From NCBI GenBank assembly GCA_965215055.1, contig OZ244046.1, positions 1,199,202 to 1,263,201 on the forward strand: 64,000 bases of DNA. The letters run 5' to 3'. A model generated the notes under the pieces. The model saw only the letters and a program-made list of their open reading frames with translations, was not told where the DNA came from and did no database searches. The stretch is from Gammaproteobacteria bacterium (GTDB taxonomy: Bacteria; Pseudomonadota; Gammaproteobacteria; UBA4575). Shown here piece after piece: positions 12,228-26,522 of this stretch. Within the stretch, counting starts at the first letter, position 1; each line of letters starts with the position of its first letter. The translations under genes were made by a program, and so were the position numbers.

Positions 12228-13529
12228 ATGGCTACGCCTCCCGGCCGTGGTGCGTTGGCGATAGTGCGCCTGTCGGGCAAAGATGCACAAGAGATCGCCG
12301 CATTGATTACACGTAAAGAGTTGCCAATCCGCCAAGCAACCTATGCACGATTTTACGATAATCAGGGCGAAGTGATCGATCAGGGCATTGCTATCTATTT
12401 TCAAGCTCCCGCATCATCTACAGGCGAAGACGTGGTTGAGTTTCATTGCCATGGCAGCCCAGTCGTGTCCGACCTGCTACTTAAAACAGTATGTGAATAC
12501 GGCGCGCGCTTGGCTAGGCCGGGAGAGTTTAGTCTACGTGCTTTTTTAAACAACAAAATTAATCTGGCTCAGGCTGAAGCTGTTGCTGACCTCATCAGTA
12601 GCGCAACCGAACGCGGTGCGCGCGCGGCCGCCCGCTCGTTACAGGGAGCTTTTTCAGCATGTGTACAAGAAATTTTGACCAAACTGATTCAAGTACGCAC
12701 AAATGTGGAAGCACAGCTTGATTTTCCTGATGAAGAGATTGACAGACAGACATGTGAACAGGTGGCAACGGCGCTCAATGATCTTGAATCCGAGTTAGCC
12801 GGGTTACTACGGCAAGCTAGACGAGGAGAACGTCTACAAAGTGGCGCCACTATTGCAATTGCAGGTAAGCCTAATGCCGGCAAGTCGAGCTTGTTAAATG
12901 CATTGGCACAGAGTGATATCGCGATCGTCACCGAAATTCCGGGCACCACGCGAGATTCACTTACTGCGGATGTCGATATTCAGGGTGTACCGGTACGATT
13001 TATTGACACTGCGGGCGTGCGTGATACAAAAAACATAGTCGAAAAGAAAGGCATCGAACGCACGCGACAGGCCTTGTCACAAGCGGATATTATCTTATGG
13101 GTGAGCGACCTTTCGCAGAAGGAACATGAGCATCAGAAAGAGGTCGACGAGAAGAAAGTTATTTGGGTGCGCAACAAAATAGATTTAACCAGCCGGCATG
13201 CCGATATTGATGGAAACCAAGTTTACCTGTCTGTTAAAACCGGCTCGGGCTTACAAGGTCTGATTGACATGATAGCGACGCGATTGTTTAGCCAACAGCA
13301 ATGCGAAGGCGACACGCCATTTCTTGCTCGTAGCCGCCACGTGAATGCGCTGCAACAAGCATACGCGAATATACAAGCAGCACTGCAATGTGCCCAGCTT
13401 TCAACAGGGTTGGAACTGATCGCGGAAGAGCTGCGATGCGCCCAGCAATTTCTTGGGGAAATTAGTGGTGAATTCACTGCTGATGATCTACTTGGCAAAA
13501 TCTTCAGTGAATTTTGCATGGGTAAATAG
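12228..13529 (+). CDS. mnmE: tRNA modification GTPase MnmE
   Basis: Start set to the ATG at 12228 (MATPPGRGALAIVRLSG). G-domain GKPNAGKSSLLN and C-terminal CMGK. The ORF-track start at 12138 is an upstream extension. Confidence 0.93.
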   Translation: MATPPGRGALAIVRLSGKDAQEIAALITRKELPIRQATYARFYDNQGEVIDQGIAIYFQAPASSTGEDVVEFHCHGSPVVSDLLLKTVCEYGARLARPGEFSLRAFLNNKINLAQAEAVADLISSATERGARAAARSLQGAFSACVQEILTKLIQVRTNVEAQLDFPDEEIDRQTCEQVATALNDLESELAGLLRQARRGERLQSGATIAIAGKPNAGKSSLLNALAQSDIAIVTEIPGTTRDSLTADVDIQGVPVRFIDTAGVRDTKNIVEKKGIERTRQALSQADIILWVSDLSQKEHEHQKEVDEKKVIWVRNKIDLTSRHADIDGNQVYLSVKTGSGLQGLIDMIATRLFSQQQCEGDTPFLARSRHVNALQQAYANIQAALQCAQLSTGLELIAEELRCAQQFLGEISGEFTADDLLGKIFSEFCMGK

Positions 13530-13614
13530 TCGAACCTCGCTACCGGCTTGATTGCAATACCGCTTAAAGTATCTTTATTATTTACCGTATATTGCCTGTA
13601 ATCATGAAAGACTA

Positions 13615-15513
13615 ATGAATAGAAGTAACCAATCATACGCGGTTATCGTTGTTGGCGGTGGACATGCTGGAACGGAAGCAGCACTGGGGGCAGCACGCAT
13701 GGGCTGTAGTACGTTATTAATTACTCATAGTATCGAAACTATTGGACAGATGAGTTGCAACCCTGCCATTGGTGGCATAGGTAAAAGTCATTTAGTCAAG
13801 GAAATTGATGCTATGGGAGGCGCTATGGCACTGGCTGCGGACCATGCCGGTATTCAGTTCCGGGTGCTTAATTCCCGTAAGGGTGCAGCGGTGCGCGCAA
13901 CACGTGCGCAAGCGGATCGCACACTTTACAAAACTGCCATTCGTGCACAGGTTGGACGACAGGAGAATCTGCAAGTTTTTCAACAAGGTGTAGATGATTT
14001 AATCATTGAAAAAGACCGCGTTTGTGGTGTCATCACACAAAGCGGGATCAGGATCTATGCACACTCGGTAGTGCTGACTACAGGCACTTTTTTGGGGGGC
14101 AAAATTTATGTTGGCAATAGTTGTTATGCAGCAGGTCGCGCCGGTGACCCTCCGGCCCAAACCCTTGCAAAACGGCTGCGCGACCTGCCTTTTCGGGTGA
14201 AACGACTAAAAACGGGCACCCCGCCTCGCCTTGATGGGCGCAGCATCGACTACACGCAAACAGCCATTCAACCCGGCGATACTCCGGTGCCGGTATTTTC
14301 CTTTATGGGCAGTGCTGAATTGCATCCTGAGCAAGTGAACTGTCATATTACTTACACCAATGCGAGCACGCATGAAATTATTCAACGAAACCTGCGCCAG
14401 TCACCCATGTTTAACGGTAGCATTAATAGCAGTGGACCACGTTATTGTCCATCAATAGAAGATAAAGTCACGCGGTTTGCAGATCGCCAACAACATCAGA
14501 TTTTCATTGAGCCTGAGGGACTACAGACCAACGAAGTATATCCGAACGGCATTTCTACCAGCCTGCCGTATGAGACGCAGTGCGAGCTTGTACAGTCGAT
14601 CAAGGGTTTTGAAAATACCCATATCACGCGACCGGGCTATGCTATTGAGTATGATTTTTTTGATCCTCGAGATTTGCAACCTAGCCTGGAGACAAGAGTA
14701 ATCGAGGGCTTATATTTTGCTGGCCAGATCAATGGCACTACCGGCTACGAGGAGGCTGCTGCACAAGGCCTGATGGCAGGCATCAATGCAGCGAGACGGA
14801 CCCAAGACAAAAGCGCATGGATACCGCGGCGCAATGAAGCCTATATCGGTGTGATGGTTGATGATCTGGTGACGCGCGGCACCATCGAGCCCTATCGTAT
14901 GTTCACTAGCCGTGCCGAGTTTAGATTAATCCTGCGCCAGGACAATGCCGATCTGCGACTTACCGAAACTGCGCGCGAATTAGGCTGTTTATCCGACGTT
15001 CAATGGAGTACCTTTATTGAGAAACGTGATGCCATCGATAAGCAGACTAGGCGTTTACAAGATACCTACCTGCAGCCTTCCGAGATCGTAACAGAACGAT
15101 GCAGAGAGATTTTGGGCACAACTATTGAACGTGAGTATAGCCTGTATGAACTGCTACGCAGACCCGAAGTCGATTTAACGATGCTGCAAAAATTAACTGT
15201 ACGAGAGCTTGGTCTTGACAACATCTCCGCCGAAGTTGGCGAGCAACTGGAAATCCAGGCTAAGTATGCTGGTTACATCGAACGTCAGAATCTCCAGGCA
15301 GAGCGAATGACACAGCAGGAAGAAACAAAATTACCCGACAACATGGATTATGCTGGGATTGCAGGGCTGTCCAACGAAGCAAAACAAAGACTATCCGCTA
15401 TACGACCACTGACCATAGGTCAAGCGGCGAGAATTCCGGGCATCACACCGGCGGCAATTTCGCTACTACTGGTACATTTGAAAATGGACAGTTCGTCAAG
15501 AAAAAGTGCCTGA
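13615..15513 (+). CDS. mnmG: tRNA uridine 5-carboxymethylaminomethyl modification enzyme MnmG (GidA)
   Basis: Start taken at [22 protein letters not shown] (FAD-binding GGGHAG), full length ~632 aa. Confidence 0.95.
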   Translation: MNRSNQSYAVIVVGGGHAGTEAALGAARMGCSTLLITHSIETIGQMSCNPAIGGIGKSHLVKEIDAMGGAMALAADHAGIQFRVLNSRKGAAVRATRAQADRTLYKTAIRAQVGRQENLQVFQQGVDDLIIEKDRVCGVITQSGIRIYAHSVVLTTGTFLGGKIYVGNSCYAAGRAGDPPAQTLAKRLRDLPFRVKRLKTGTPPRLDGRSIDYTQTAIQPGDTPVPVFSFMGSAELHPEQVNCHITYTNASTHEIIQRNLRQSPMFNGSINSSGPRYCPSIEDKVTRFADRQQHQIFIEPEGLQTNEVYPNGISTSLPYETQCELVQSIKGFENTHITRPGYAIEYDFFDPRDLQPSLETRVIEGLYFAGQINGTTGYEEAAAQGLMAGINAARRTQDKSAWIPRRNEAYIGVMVDDLVTRGTIEPYRMFTSRAEFRLILRQDNADLRLTETARELGCLSDVQWSTFIEKRDAIDKQTRRLQDTYLQPSEIVTERCREILGTTIEREYSLYELLRRPEVDLTMLQKLTVRELGLDNISAEVGEQLEIQAKYAGYIERQNLQAERMTQQEETKLPDNMDYAGIAGLSNEAKQRLSAIRPLTIGQAARIPGITPAAISLLLVHLKMDSSSRKSA

Positions 15514-15574
15514 ATCACGGCACTTCGTGCAAGGTGACGATAGCAACATTTGTGAAGGTGTTTGACAGGCGTTT

Positions 15575-16198
15575 ATGAACCATGCTCAGCTGTTGCGAAG
15601 AGGGGCGGAGCAGCTACATATCTCCTTGGATGAAGCGCAAGTAGACGCACTGTTAAAATTTGTTAATCTGCTGCAAAAGTGGAACAAGGCCTATAATCTT
15701 AGTGCGATTAAAACCGCGCAGGAAATTATTACAAAGCATATTTTGGATAGTCTGTCCGTTGTTCCTTATATTCAAGGTACGCGCATCGTGGATGTCGGCA
15801 GTGGCGCCGGGTTGCCAGGGATTCCCCTTGCGTGCGCGTGCAAAGACAAAGAGTTCCTGTTACTGGACGCAAAGGCCAAAAAAACTCACTTTATCCAGCA
15901 AGTCATTATCGAAATCGAATTAAAAAACGTTCAAGTGGTGCAACAGAACGTTGCGCAATACACGCCATTGCGGGAATTTGACACGGTGATAAGCCGAGCC
16001 TTTACGAGTGGTGCAAAATTGCTGGAGATGGTTGATCATCTGCTGCTTCAAGGGAAAGTGATCATTATGCTGGGAAAACAAACGCAGCTTCAGGGGTTAC
16101 CTGAAAACTATACCCTGGCAGGAGTGTACACGGCGCATGTTCCAATGTTGCACGCTAGCCGCCATATTGCAGTGATTGAAAAAAACACTAGTGGCTAA
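15575..16198 (+). CDS. rsmG: 16S rRNA (guanine527-N7)-methyltransferase RsmG (GidB)
   Basis: 207 aa with the SAM-binding VDVGSGAGLPGIPLA motif. Conserved position after mnmG. Confidence 0.9.
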   Translation: MNHAQLLRRGAEQLHISLDEAQVDALLKFVNLLQKWNKAYNLSAIKTAQEIITKHILDSLSVVPYIQGTRIVDVGSGAGLPGIPLACACKDKEFLLLDAKAKKTHFIQQVIIEIELKNVQVVQQNVAQYTPLREFDTVISRAFTSGAKLLEMVDHLLLQGKVIIMLGKQTQLQGLPENYTLAGVYTAHVPMLHASRHIAVIEKNTSG

Positions 16199-16994
16199 AA
16201 CGATTTCCATTACTAATCAAAAGGGTGGCGTAGGGAAAACCACCACGGCAGTCAATTTGGCTGCCTCCATGTTTGCAACTAAACGAAATGTACTGTTGAT
16301 TGATCTGGACCCACAAGGCAATGCTACTATGGGTTCCGGTGTGGATAAGCGACGTGTGAAAAACACCACGGCACACGTGTTGCTTAACGAATTGCCTGCC
16401 AGCGAATGTATCATATACGGTAGCAAAGGCGGTTATGACCTGATGCCCGGAAATGATCAACTGACTATCGCCGAAGTAGGACTGTTGGAACACGAGCAGC
16501 GAGAATTTAGATTGCGTGATGCACTGCGAGAAGTTGGCGAACAATATGATTATATTTTTATCGACAGCCCACCTTCACTGAATATGCTCGCTGTAAACGG
16601 CCTGGTCGCTGCAAATAGTGTCATCATTCCGACCCAATGCGAGTATTATGCGTTGGAGGGACTGTCTGCACTTGTACGTGCTATCGAACGTATCCGCGTG
16701 ACAGCCAATCCAGGATTAAAAATTGAAGGGTTGCTTCGCACTATGTTTGACCCGCGCAATAATCTGGCGAAAGACGTTTCTGTGCAACTGGCTTCACATT
16801 TTGGGAACGATGTCTACCGTACTATCATCCCTCGCAATGTTACTCTAGCCGAAGCACCGAGCCATGGATTACCAGTGTTACTATATGACAAGCGCTCGCG
16901 CGGTGCCTTGGCTTATTTGGCAATGGCTGGAGAGATGCTGCGCCGTGACGAGGAGCGGCAAGCAAGTGCTACATCGCATGCGGACGATAACTAA
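16191..16994 (+). CDS. parA: chromosome partitioning ATPase ParA/Soj
   Basis: The ITNQKGGVGKTTTAVNL Walker A lies near the N-terminus. GTG at 16191 gives a Soj-like N-terminus (the ORF track uses TTG at 16176). Overlaps the rsmG stop. Confidence 0.9.
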   Translation: MAKTISITNQKGGVGKTTTAVNLAASMFATKRNVLLIDLDPQGNATMGSGVDKRRVKNTTAHVLLNELPASECIIYGSKGGYDLMPGNDQLTIAEVGLLEHEQREFRLRDALREVGEQYDYIFIDSPPSLNMLAVNGLVAANSVIIPTQCEYYALEGLSALVRAIERIRVTANPGLKIEGLLRTMFDPRNNLAKDVSVQLASHFGNDVYRTIIPRNVTLAEAPSHGLPVLLYDKRSRGALAYLAMAGEMLRRDEERQASATSHADDN

Positions 16995-17015
16995 TACCGG
17001 CAACTTGGAGTAATC

Positions 17016-17873
17016 ATGCTAAGCAAAAAACGTGGATTAGGGGCACTGGGCGTTGATATGCTGCTAAGTGCGGCAGACACGTCAACCACTGACAGTGGTA
17101 CCGAAGAATCTTTACGCCACCTGCCAATTGAAATGATTCATCAAAGCCCCTATCAGCCCAGGCAAACGATGGAGCCTGGGGCACTTGAGGCATTAGCAAA
17201 TTCGATACGACAGCGGGGGGTAGTGCAACCGATTGTGGTGCGCGAGGTGAATGGCGATTATCAACTGATTGCCGGAGAACGCCGCTGGCGCGCAGCGCAA
17301 CAGGCAGGCCTGCAGGAAATTCCGGCAATCATTAAAGGCGCCAGTGACCGAGAAGCGGCAGCAATCGCCTTGATCGAAAATTTGCAACGCGAAGATTTAA
17401 GCCCGCTTGAAGAGGCACAGGCATTTGCCAATCTTGTCGAAAGGTTTGATTTGACTCATCAGGAGGTTGGTGACGTGGTGGGCCGCTCGCGGACAGCAGT
17501 GAGCAACAGTTTGCGGCTGTTGGACTTGGCAAATCCGGTTAAAGAAATGCTACACCAGGGAGAGCTCGAGATGGGCCATGCGCGCGCGTTGCTGGCTCTA
17601 CAGGAAGCAGAACAGATTAATAGCGCACGACTCATAGTACGGAAAAAACTCTCAGTGCGTGCTGCAGAAGCGTTAGTTAAAAAGGTACAACGAAAAGCTG
17701 GAGAAAATAGGCACTCTAAACCAGATGCTGATCTTGTTCGCCTGCAACAACAACTTTCAGACCATCTCGGTGCAGCTGTAACAATCCTGCATCGTAAAAA
17801 TGGTGGTGGGCGAATGCAAATTAGTTACGCCAGCCTTGATGAATTTGAAGGAATTATCGAGAAATTGTTGTGA
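17016..17873 (+). CDS. parB: chromosome partitioning protein ParB/Spo0J
   Basis: 285 aa with KKRGLGALG at the N-terminus, the ParB box GERRWRAA and an HTH. Confidence 0.9.
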   Translation: MLSKKRGLGALGVDMLLSAADTSTTDSGTEESLRHLPIEMIHQSPYQPRQTMEPGALEALANSIRQRGVVQPIVVREVNGDYQLIAGERRWRAAQQAGLQEIPAIIKGASDREAAAIALIENLQREDLSPLEEAQAFANLVERFDLTHQEVGDVVGRSRTAVSNSLRLLDLANPVKEMLHQGELEMGHARALLALQEAEQINSARLIVRKKLSVRAAEALVKKVQRKAGENRHSKPDADLVRLQQQLSDHLGAAVTILHRKNGGGRMQISYASLDEFEGIIEKLL

Positions 17874-17979
17874 TGAGGCGAAGTAGCTTTTTCAATTGAG
17901 GCAGGAATGTGTTTCATTTTATCCTGTTGAGGTTTTGCGATTCAGATTTTATACTGCGTGCTTTTTGAAAAGATGGTGA

Positions 17980-18411
17980 GTGAAAGCCGACGGAATTTTT
18001 AGCAAGCGGGCGCGCAAACTGACAACACCGTTGCAAATAAAACGCATACTCGCCGCGCAATGGTTGGTAACCTTTTGCATAGTGGGGATTCTATTTGCAG
18101 TAAAGCGTGAATGGGTGCTGTCGGCTTTATTGGGCGGCCTTATTTACACATTACCAAACGTATATTTCGCGCGTCGATTATTTACCGGGCATAGAACTGC
18201 ACAACCGTATAGACTGCTACGAACTGTCTATATAGCGGAATTCATAAAAATAGTATTAGCTGGCATATTATTTGCGATTACTCTGATAAATTATAAGGAA
18301 GTTCACCTCTTGACGCTGTTTATCACATTCTTCTTTGTGCAATCCTGTATGTGGTTTGTGCCGTTGATTACGTCTATGTTCGACAACCGAGCAATCAAAC
18401 CTATTCTCTGA
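17980..18411 (+). CDS. atpI: ATP synthase protein I
   Basis: 143-aa hydrophobic protein directly upstream of atpB. GTG start. Assigned by position and hydrophobicity. Confidence 0.6.
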   Translation: MKADGIFSKRARKLTTPLQIKRILAAQWLVTFCIVGILFAVKREWVLSALLGGLIYTLPNVYFARRLFTGHRTAQPYRLLRTVYIAEFIKIVLAGILFAITLINYKEVHLLTLFITFFFVQSCMWFVPLITSMFDNRAIKPIL

Positions 18412-19281
<870 letters not shown>

Positions 19282-19292
19282 CAGTCAGCTGA

Positions 19293-19577
<285 letters not shown>

Positions 19578-19615
19578 AGCGCACCTGCTGTATCAAAAAC
19601 GGGTAAATTTAAAGC

Positions 19616-20086
19616 ATGAATATTAACATTACTCTACTTGGTCAAACGCTTGCTTTTATTGTCTTTGTGGCTTTTTGCATGAAATTTGTATGGCCGCCTA
19701 TCATGGCTGCGCTGGACGAACGCAAAAAGAAAATAGCTGATGGACTTGCACAGGCCGAGCGCGGCTTCAAGCAACAGGAACTGGCACAACAAAATGCCGA
19801 AAAGAAGTTGTCGGAAGCCAAACGACAAGCAACTGACATACTGAATCAGGCGCAAAAACGTGCTAATGCAATCATTGCAGAAGCCAAATCTGATGCGGTA
19901 GAAGAAGGTGACCGAATTAAAGAAGCGGCACATAACGAGGTGGAGAAAGAAGTAAACCGCGCCAAAGAACAATTGCGCGTTCAAGTTTCATCCATTGCAG
20001 TTGCAGGTGCTGAACGCATCTTGAGAAAAGAGATCGATGCAAGTTCGCACCAGGATATGTTGGATGAATTAGCCGCACAAATCTGA
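19616..20086 (+). CDS. atpF: F0F1 ATP synthase subunit b
   Basis: 156 aa with an N-terminal TM segment followed by a long charged coiled coil. Confidence 0.93.
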   Translation: MNINITLLGQTLAFIVFVAFCMKFVWPPIMAALDERKKKIADGLAQAERGFKQQELAQQNAEKKLSEAKRQATDILNQAQKRANAIIAEAKSDAVEEGDRIKEAAHNEVEKEVNRAKEQLRVQVSSIAVAGAERILRKEIDASSHQDMLDELAAQI

Positions 20087-20094
20087 TTACATAC

Positions 20095-20631
20095 ATGTCA
20101 GCACTCACTACAACAGCCAGACCCTACGCGCGTGCGGCGTTTGCCACTGCGAGTGCAAGTGGCGAACAGCAAGAGTGGAGCACAATGCTGGCGTTTATGA
20201 CCGCCGTTGCACGTGATCCAGCCATGCATGCCCTGTTGGATAGCCCTGGTCTTTCCCGACGACAAGCGGCTGACATCTTTATCTCCGTTTGCAAAGAGCA
20301 AATTAATGAGCGTGGCAAAAATTTTATAAAACTGTTGGCTCAGAATGATCGCATTACCCTGCTACCGGAAATTACGGCACTGTATGAGCGTTATCGCGCG
20401 GATGCACAGGGCAGCATGGATGCGGAAGTCGTTTCTGCAAGCGGCATAGATGAGTTGCAATTGGCAAACATTGCCGCATCTTTGCAACGACGTCTAGGCA
20501 AGAAAATAAGGCTCAACTCGCACGTTGATGAAACGCTTATGGGCGGTGCAGTTATACGAGCAGGCGATTTGGTTATTGATGGCTCTGTTCGAGGGCGACT
20601 CAACACACTTGCTGCCGTGCTGGCAAATTGA
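20095..20631 (+). CDS. atpH: F0F1 ATP synthase subunit delta
   Basis: 178 aa, OSCP-like, in the conserved operon position. Confidence 0.9.
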   Translation: MSALTTTARPYARAAFATASASGEQQEWSTMLAFMTAVARDPAMHALLDSPGLSRRQAADIFISVCKEQINERGKNFIKLLAQNDRITLLPEITALYERYRADAQGSMDAEVVSASGIDELQLANIAASLQRRLGKKIRLNSHVDETLMGGAVIRAGDLVIDGSVRGRLNTLAAVLAN

Positions 20632-20667
20632 GTTATTAGGTTATGGGCAAAGTAAGAGGAATTGAAA

Positions 20668-22209
<1,542 letters not shown>

Positions 22210-22218
22210 TCACGAATA

Positions 22219-23082
22219 ATGGCTGGTGAAAAAGAAATACGCACGCAAATCGCGAGCATCAAAAATACCCAGAAGATTACCAAGGCAATGGAAATGGTAG
22301 CGGCAAGCAAAATGCGCAAGGCACAGGAGCGCATGAGCGCTACGCGCCCCTATTCGCAAAAGATGCTCAACGTAATCGGCCACCTTGCATATGCCCATGC
22401 CGAGTACAGTCACCCGTTTTTAATTGAACGCGCAGATATCAAGCGCGTCGGCTTTATCATAGTTTCCACGGATAGGGGGCTGTGTGGCGGGTTAAATATC
22501 AATTTGTTCAAAACCGCATTGAATGCCATGCAGGAGTGGCAGCAACGAAATGCAGCAATTGATCTTTGTCTGATAGGTGCCAAGGGCACCCAGTTTTTTA
22601 AGAAGTTTTCCGCCAATATTGTCTCTCAAGTCTCGCATTTGGGAGACGCTATCCACATAAGTAAATTGATCGGTACAGTTAAAACGATGTTGGATGCTTA
22701 TACTGAGGGAAATATTGACCGATTATTCCTGGTCGATAATGAATTTGTAAATACCATGACGCAAAAGCCGAAAATAATAACGCTGTTGCCGTTGGAGCCG
22801 GAAGATACCCAGGAACTGAAACATCATTGGGATTACATTTACGAACCTGATGCAAAGGCTGTTCTGGACGGACTGTTGACCCGTTATATCGAGTCTATCG
22901 TGTACCAGAGCGTGGTTGAAAATGTAGCGTGCGAAATGGCCGCGAGGATGATCGCCATGAAAAGCGCTTCGGACAATGCTGGTGAGCTTATTTCTGAATT
23001 GCAGCTTGTCTATAACAAGGCGCGTCAGGCAGCCATCACACAGGAAATTTCCGAGATTGTTGGTGGCGCGGCGGCCGTTTGA
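22219..23082 (+). CDS. atpG: F0F1 ATP synthase subunit gamma
   Basis: 287 aa with an [37 protein letters not shown]-terminus. Confidence 0.95.
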   Translation: MAGEKEIRTQIASIKNTQKITKAMEMVAASKMRKAQERMSATRPYSQKMLNVIGHLAYAHAEYSHPFLIERADIKRVGFIIVSTDRGLCGGLNINLFKTALNAMQEWQQRNAAIDLCLIGAKGTQFFKKFSANIVSQVSHLGDAIHISKLIGTVKTMLDAYTEGNIDRLFLVDNEFVNTMTQKPKIITLLPLEPEDTQELKHHWDYIYEPDAKAVLDGLLTRYIESIVYQSVVENVACEMAARMIAMKSASDNAGELISELQLVYNKARQAAITQEISEIVGGAAAV

Positions 23083-23089
23083 ATAATGA

Positions 23090-24499
<1,410 letters not shown>

Positions 24500-24508
24500 G
24501 CGAATCGT

Positions 24509-24931
24509 ATGGCAATGACAATGCATTTGGACGTGGTAAGCGCGGAAAAGGAACTTTTTTCCGGCACCGTCTTGGCGGTATTTGCCCCAGCCGTAATGGG
24601 AGACGTGGGTATCTACCCGCGCCATGCGCCTCTGGTTACTTCCTTGCGACCAGGGGAGTTGAAAATCGAGATTGAAGGACAGGAAGATCAGTATCTCTAT
24701 GTATCGGGTGGTATCTTGGAGGTACAGCCGCACGTGGTTACCGTGCTTTCGGATACGGCCATTCGTGCCGAGGACCTTGACGAGGCCGAGGCAATGCAAG
24801 CCAAACAGCGGGCGGAGGACGTGCTGAAAGATCAAAAGAGCGATTTTGATGCTGCCAAGGCAAGAGCAGAGCTTGCTCGAGCAGCCGAGCAACTGCGCAT
24901 GATCAAGAGAATGCGCGAACTGCGTAAGTAA
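24509..24931 (+). CDS. atpC: F0F1 ATP synthase subunit epsilon
   Basis: 140 aa. Last gene of the atp operon. Confidence 0.93.
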   Translation: MAMTMHLDVVSAEKELFSGTVLAVFAPAVMGDVGIYPRHAPLVTSLRPGELKIEIEGQEDQYLYVSGGILEVQPHVVTVLSDTAIRAEDLDEAEAMQAKQRAEDVLKDQKSDFDAAKARAELARAAEQLRMIKRMRELRK

Positions 24932-25148
24932 GCACCCGGGCCAACGAACGGCGCTTTACCTTCACCTTTCTTTCCCATTCGGCAACCGCGAGAACGCGGC
25001 AGTATGCACGGGCGAAGATAATACCAAAAGGCGGGAAAGGCATTCACGATAAGATATTTGCAAACCGTCTCCATCGCGGGGTTTGTTATACTTCGAGTTG
25101 CTTACGTCAATCTCTACACACACCCACGTAAACGCTGGAGTAGACTGC

Positions 25149-26516
25149 ATGAGCCTGCACGTTATTATTCTTGCTGCCGGACAGGGCCAACGCATGCACA
25201 GTGATTTGCCCAAGGTTTTGCATGAAGTAGCCGGTAAACCGATGCTGGAGCATGTAATAGGGTGTGCGCAAGAGTTATCCCCACAGGCAATCCACGTAGT
25301 GGTTGGCCATGGTGGTGATCAGGTCAGATCAGTCATTGGCGATACGACAATAAACTGGTGTCTTCAAGACAGGCAACTGGGCACGGGACACGCAGTGCAA
25401 CAGGCACTAACCAGTTTGCCGGATGATTCAGATGTTTTAATTTTGTATGGTGACGTACCGCTGTTGACACCCGCGACGCTACAGGCACTCGTCGAGCAGT
25501 TGCCCCGACGTGACCTCGTACTGCTATCCGCATTGTTGACCAACCCCACCGGTTACGGTCGCATCATGCGTGACGCGCAAAACAAAGTGCAAGGTATCGT
25601 TGAACAGGGAGACGCAGATGATGACGTTCTTGCCATTCGTGAAATCAACACGGGAATTCTTGCGACTCGTACGAATTTACTACGGGAATGGCTTGCATGT
25701 ATTGGTAATGACAACGTGCAACAGGAGTATTACTTGACGGATTGCGTTAAATTGGCCGTACAGGGACGGCACAAAGTGGAAGTGCTAGTCTGCGATGATT
25801 GCGATGAAATACGGGGGGTTAACGACAAGGCCCAACTTGCACGGATGGAACGGATTTATCAGCGCCGTATGGCAGAGAAATTAATGGGCGAAGGTGCGAC
25901 ACTGATGGATCCGAGTCGCATTGACGTGCGTGGAGAGCTTGATATCGGCAGAGACGTGGAAATCGACGTGAACACGGTATTCGCGGGAATCAATCATCTC
26001 GGCGACCGGGTTAGAGTCGGTGCCAATACCATCGTCATAAACAGCACGATCAAAGAAGGCACCTGCATCCATGAAAATTGCCATGTCGAGAACGCTGTTA
26101 TCGGGCACAACTGTGAGATAGGCCCGTTTGCGCGCATACGCCCGGATACAAGGCTTGCTGAAGAGGTCAAAATTGGCAATTTTGTCGAGATCAAAAAATC
26201 GAACGTTGCAACCAGGACCAAAATTAACCATCTAAGCTATATCGGTGACAGTGATTTAGGCGCAGATGTAAACATCGGTGCTGGAACGATTACCTGTAAT
26301 TACGACGGTGCGAATAAACACAGTACCATCATCGGCGACAATGTATTTGTTGGCTCTGATACGCAATTCATAGCGCCCGTCACTATCGGTGCCGGAGCTA
26401 CCATCGGTGCCGGATCAACGATCACCAAAGATGCACCGGAAGAAAAACTCACGCTCACGCGCAACAAGCAGGTCACGATAGATCATTGGCAACGTCCTGA
26501 AAAAATAAATAAATAA
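25149..26516 (+). CDS. glmU: bifunctional UDP-N-acetylglucosamine pyrophosphorylase / glucosamine-1-phosphate N-acetyltransferase GlmU
   Basis: Start MSLHVIILAAGQGQRM (LAAGxGxRM). C-terminal left-handed beta-helix hexapeptide repeats. Confidence 0.95.
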   Translation: MSLHVIILAAGQGQRMHSDLPKVLHEVAGKPMLEHVIGCAQELSPQAIHVVVGHGGDQVRSVIGDTTINWCLQDRQLGTGHAVQQALTSLPDDSDVLILYGDVPLLTPATLQALVEQLPRRDLVLLSALLTNPTGYGRIMRDAQNKVQGIVEQGDADDDVLAIREINTGILATRTNLLREWLACIGNDNVQQEYYLTDCVKLAVQGRHKVEVLVCDDCDEIRGVNDKAQLARMERIYQRRMAEKLMGEGATLMDPSRIDVRGELDIGRDVEIDVNTVFAGINHLGDRVRVGANTIVINSTIKEGTCIHENCHVENAVIGHNCEIGPFARIRPDTRLAEEVKIGNFVEIKKSNVATRTKINHLSYIGDSDLGADVNIGAGTITCNYDGANKHSTIIGDNVFVGSDTQFIAPVTIGAGATIGAGSTITKDAPEEKLTLTRNKQVTIDHWQRPEKINK

Positions 26517-26522
26517 ACGCTC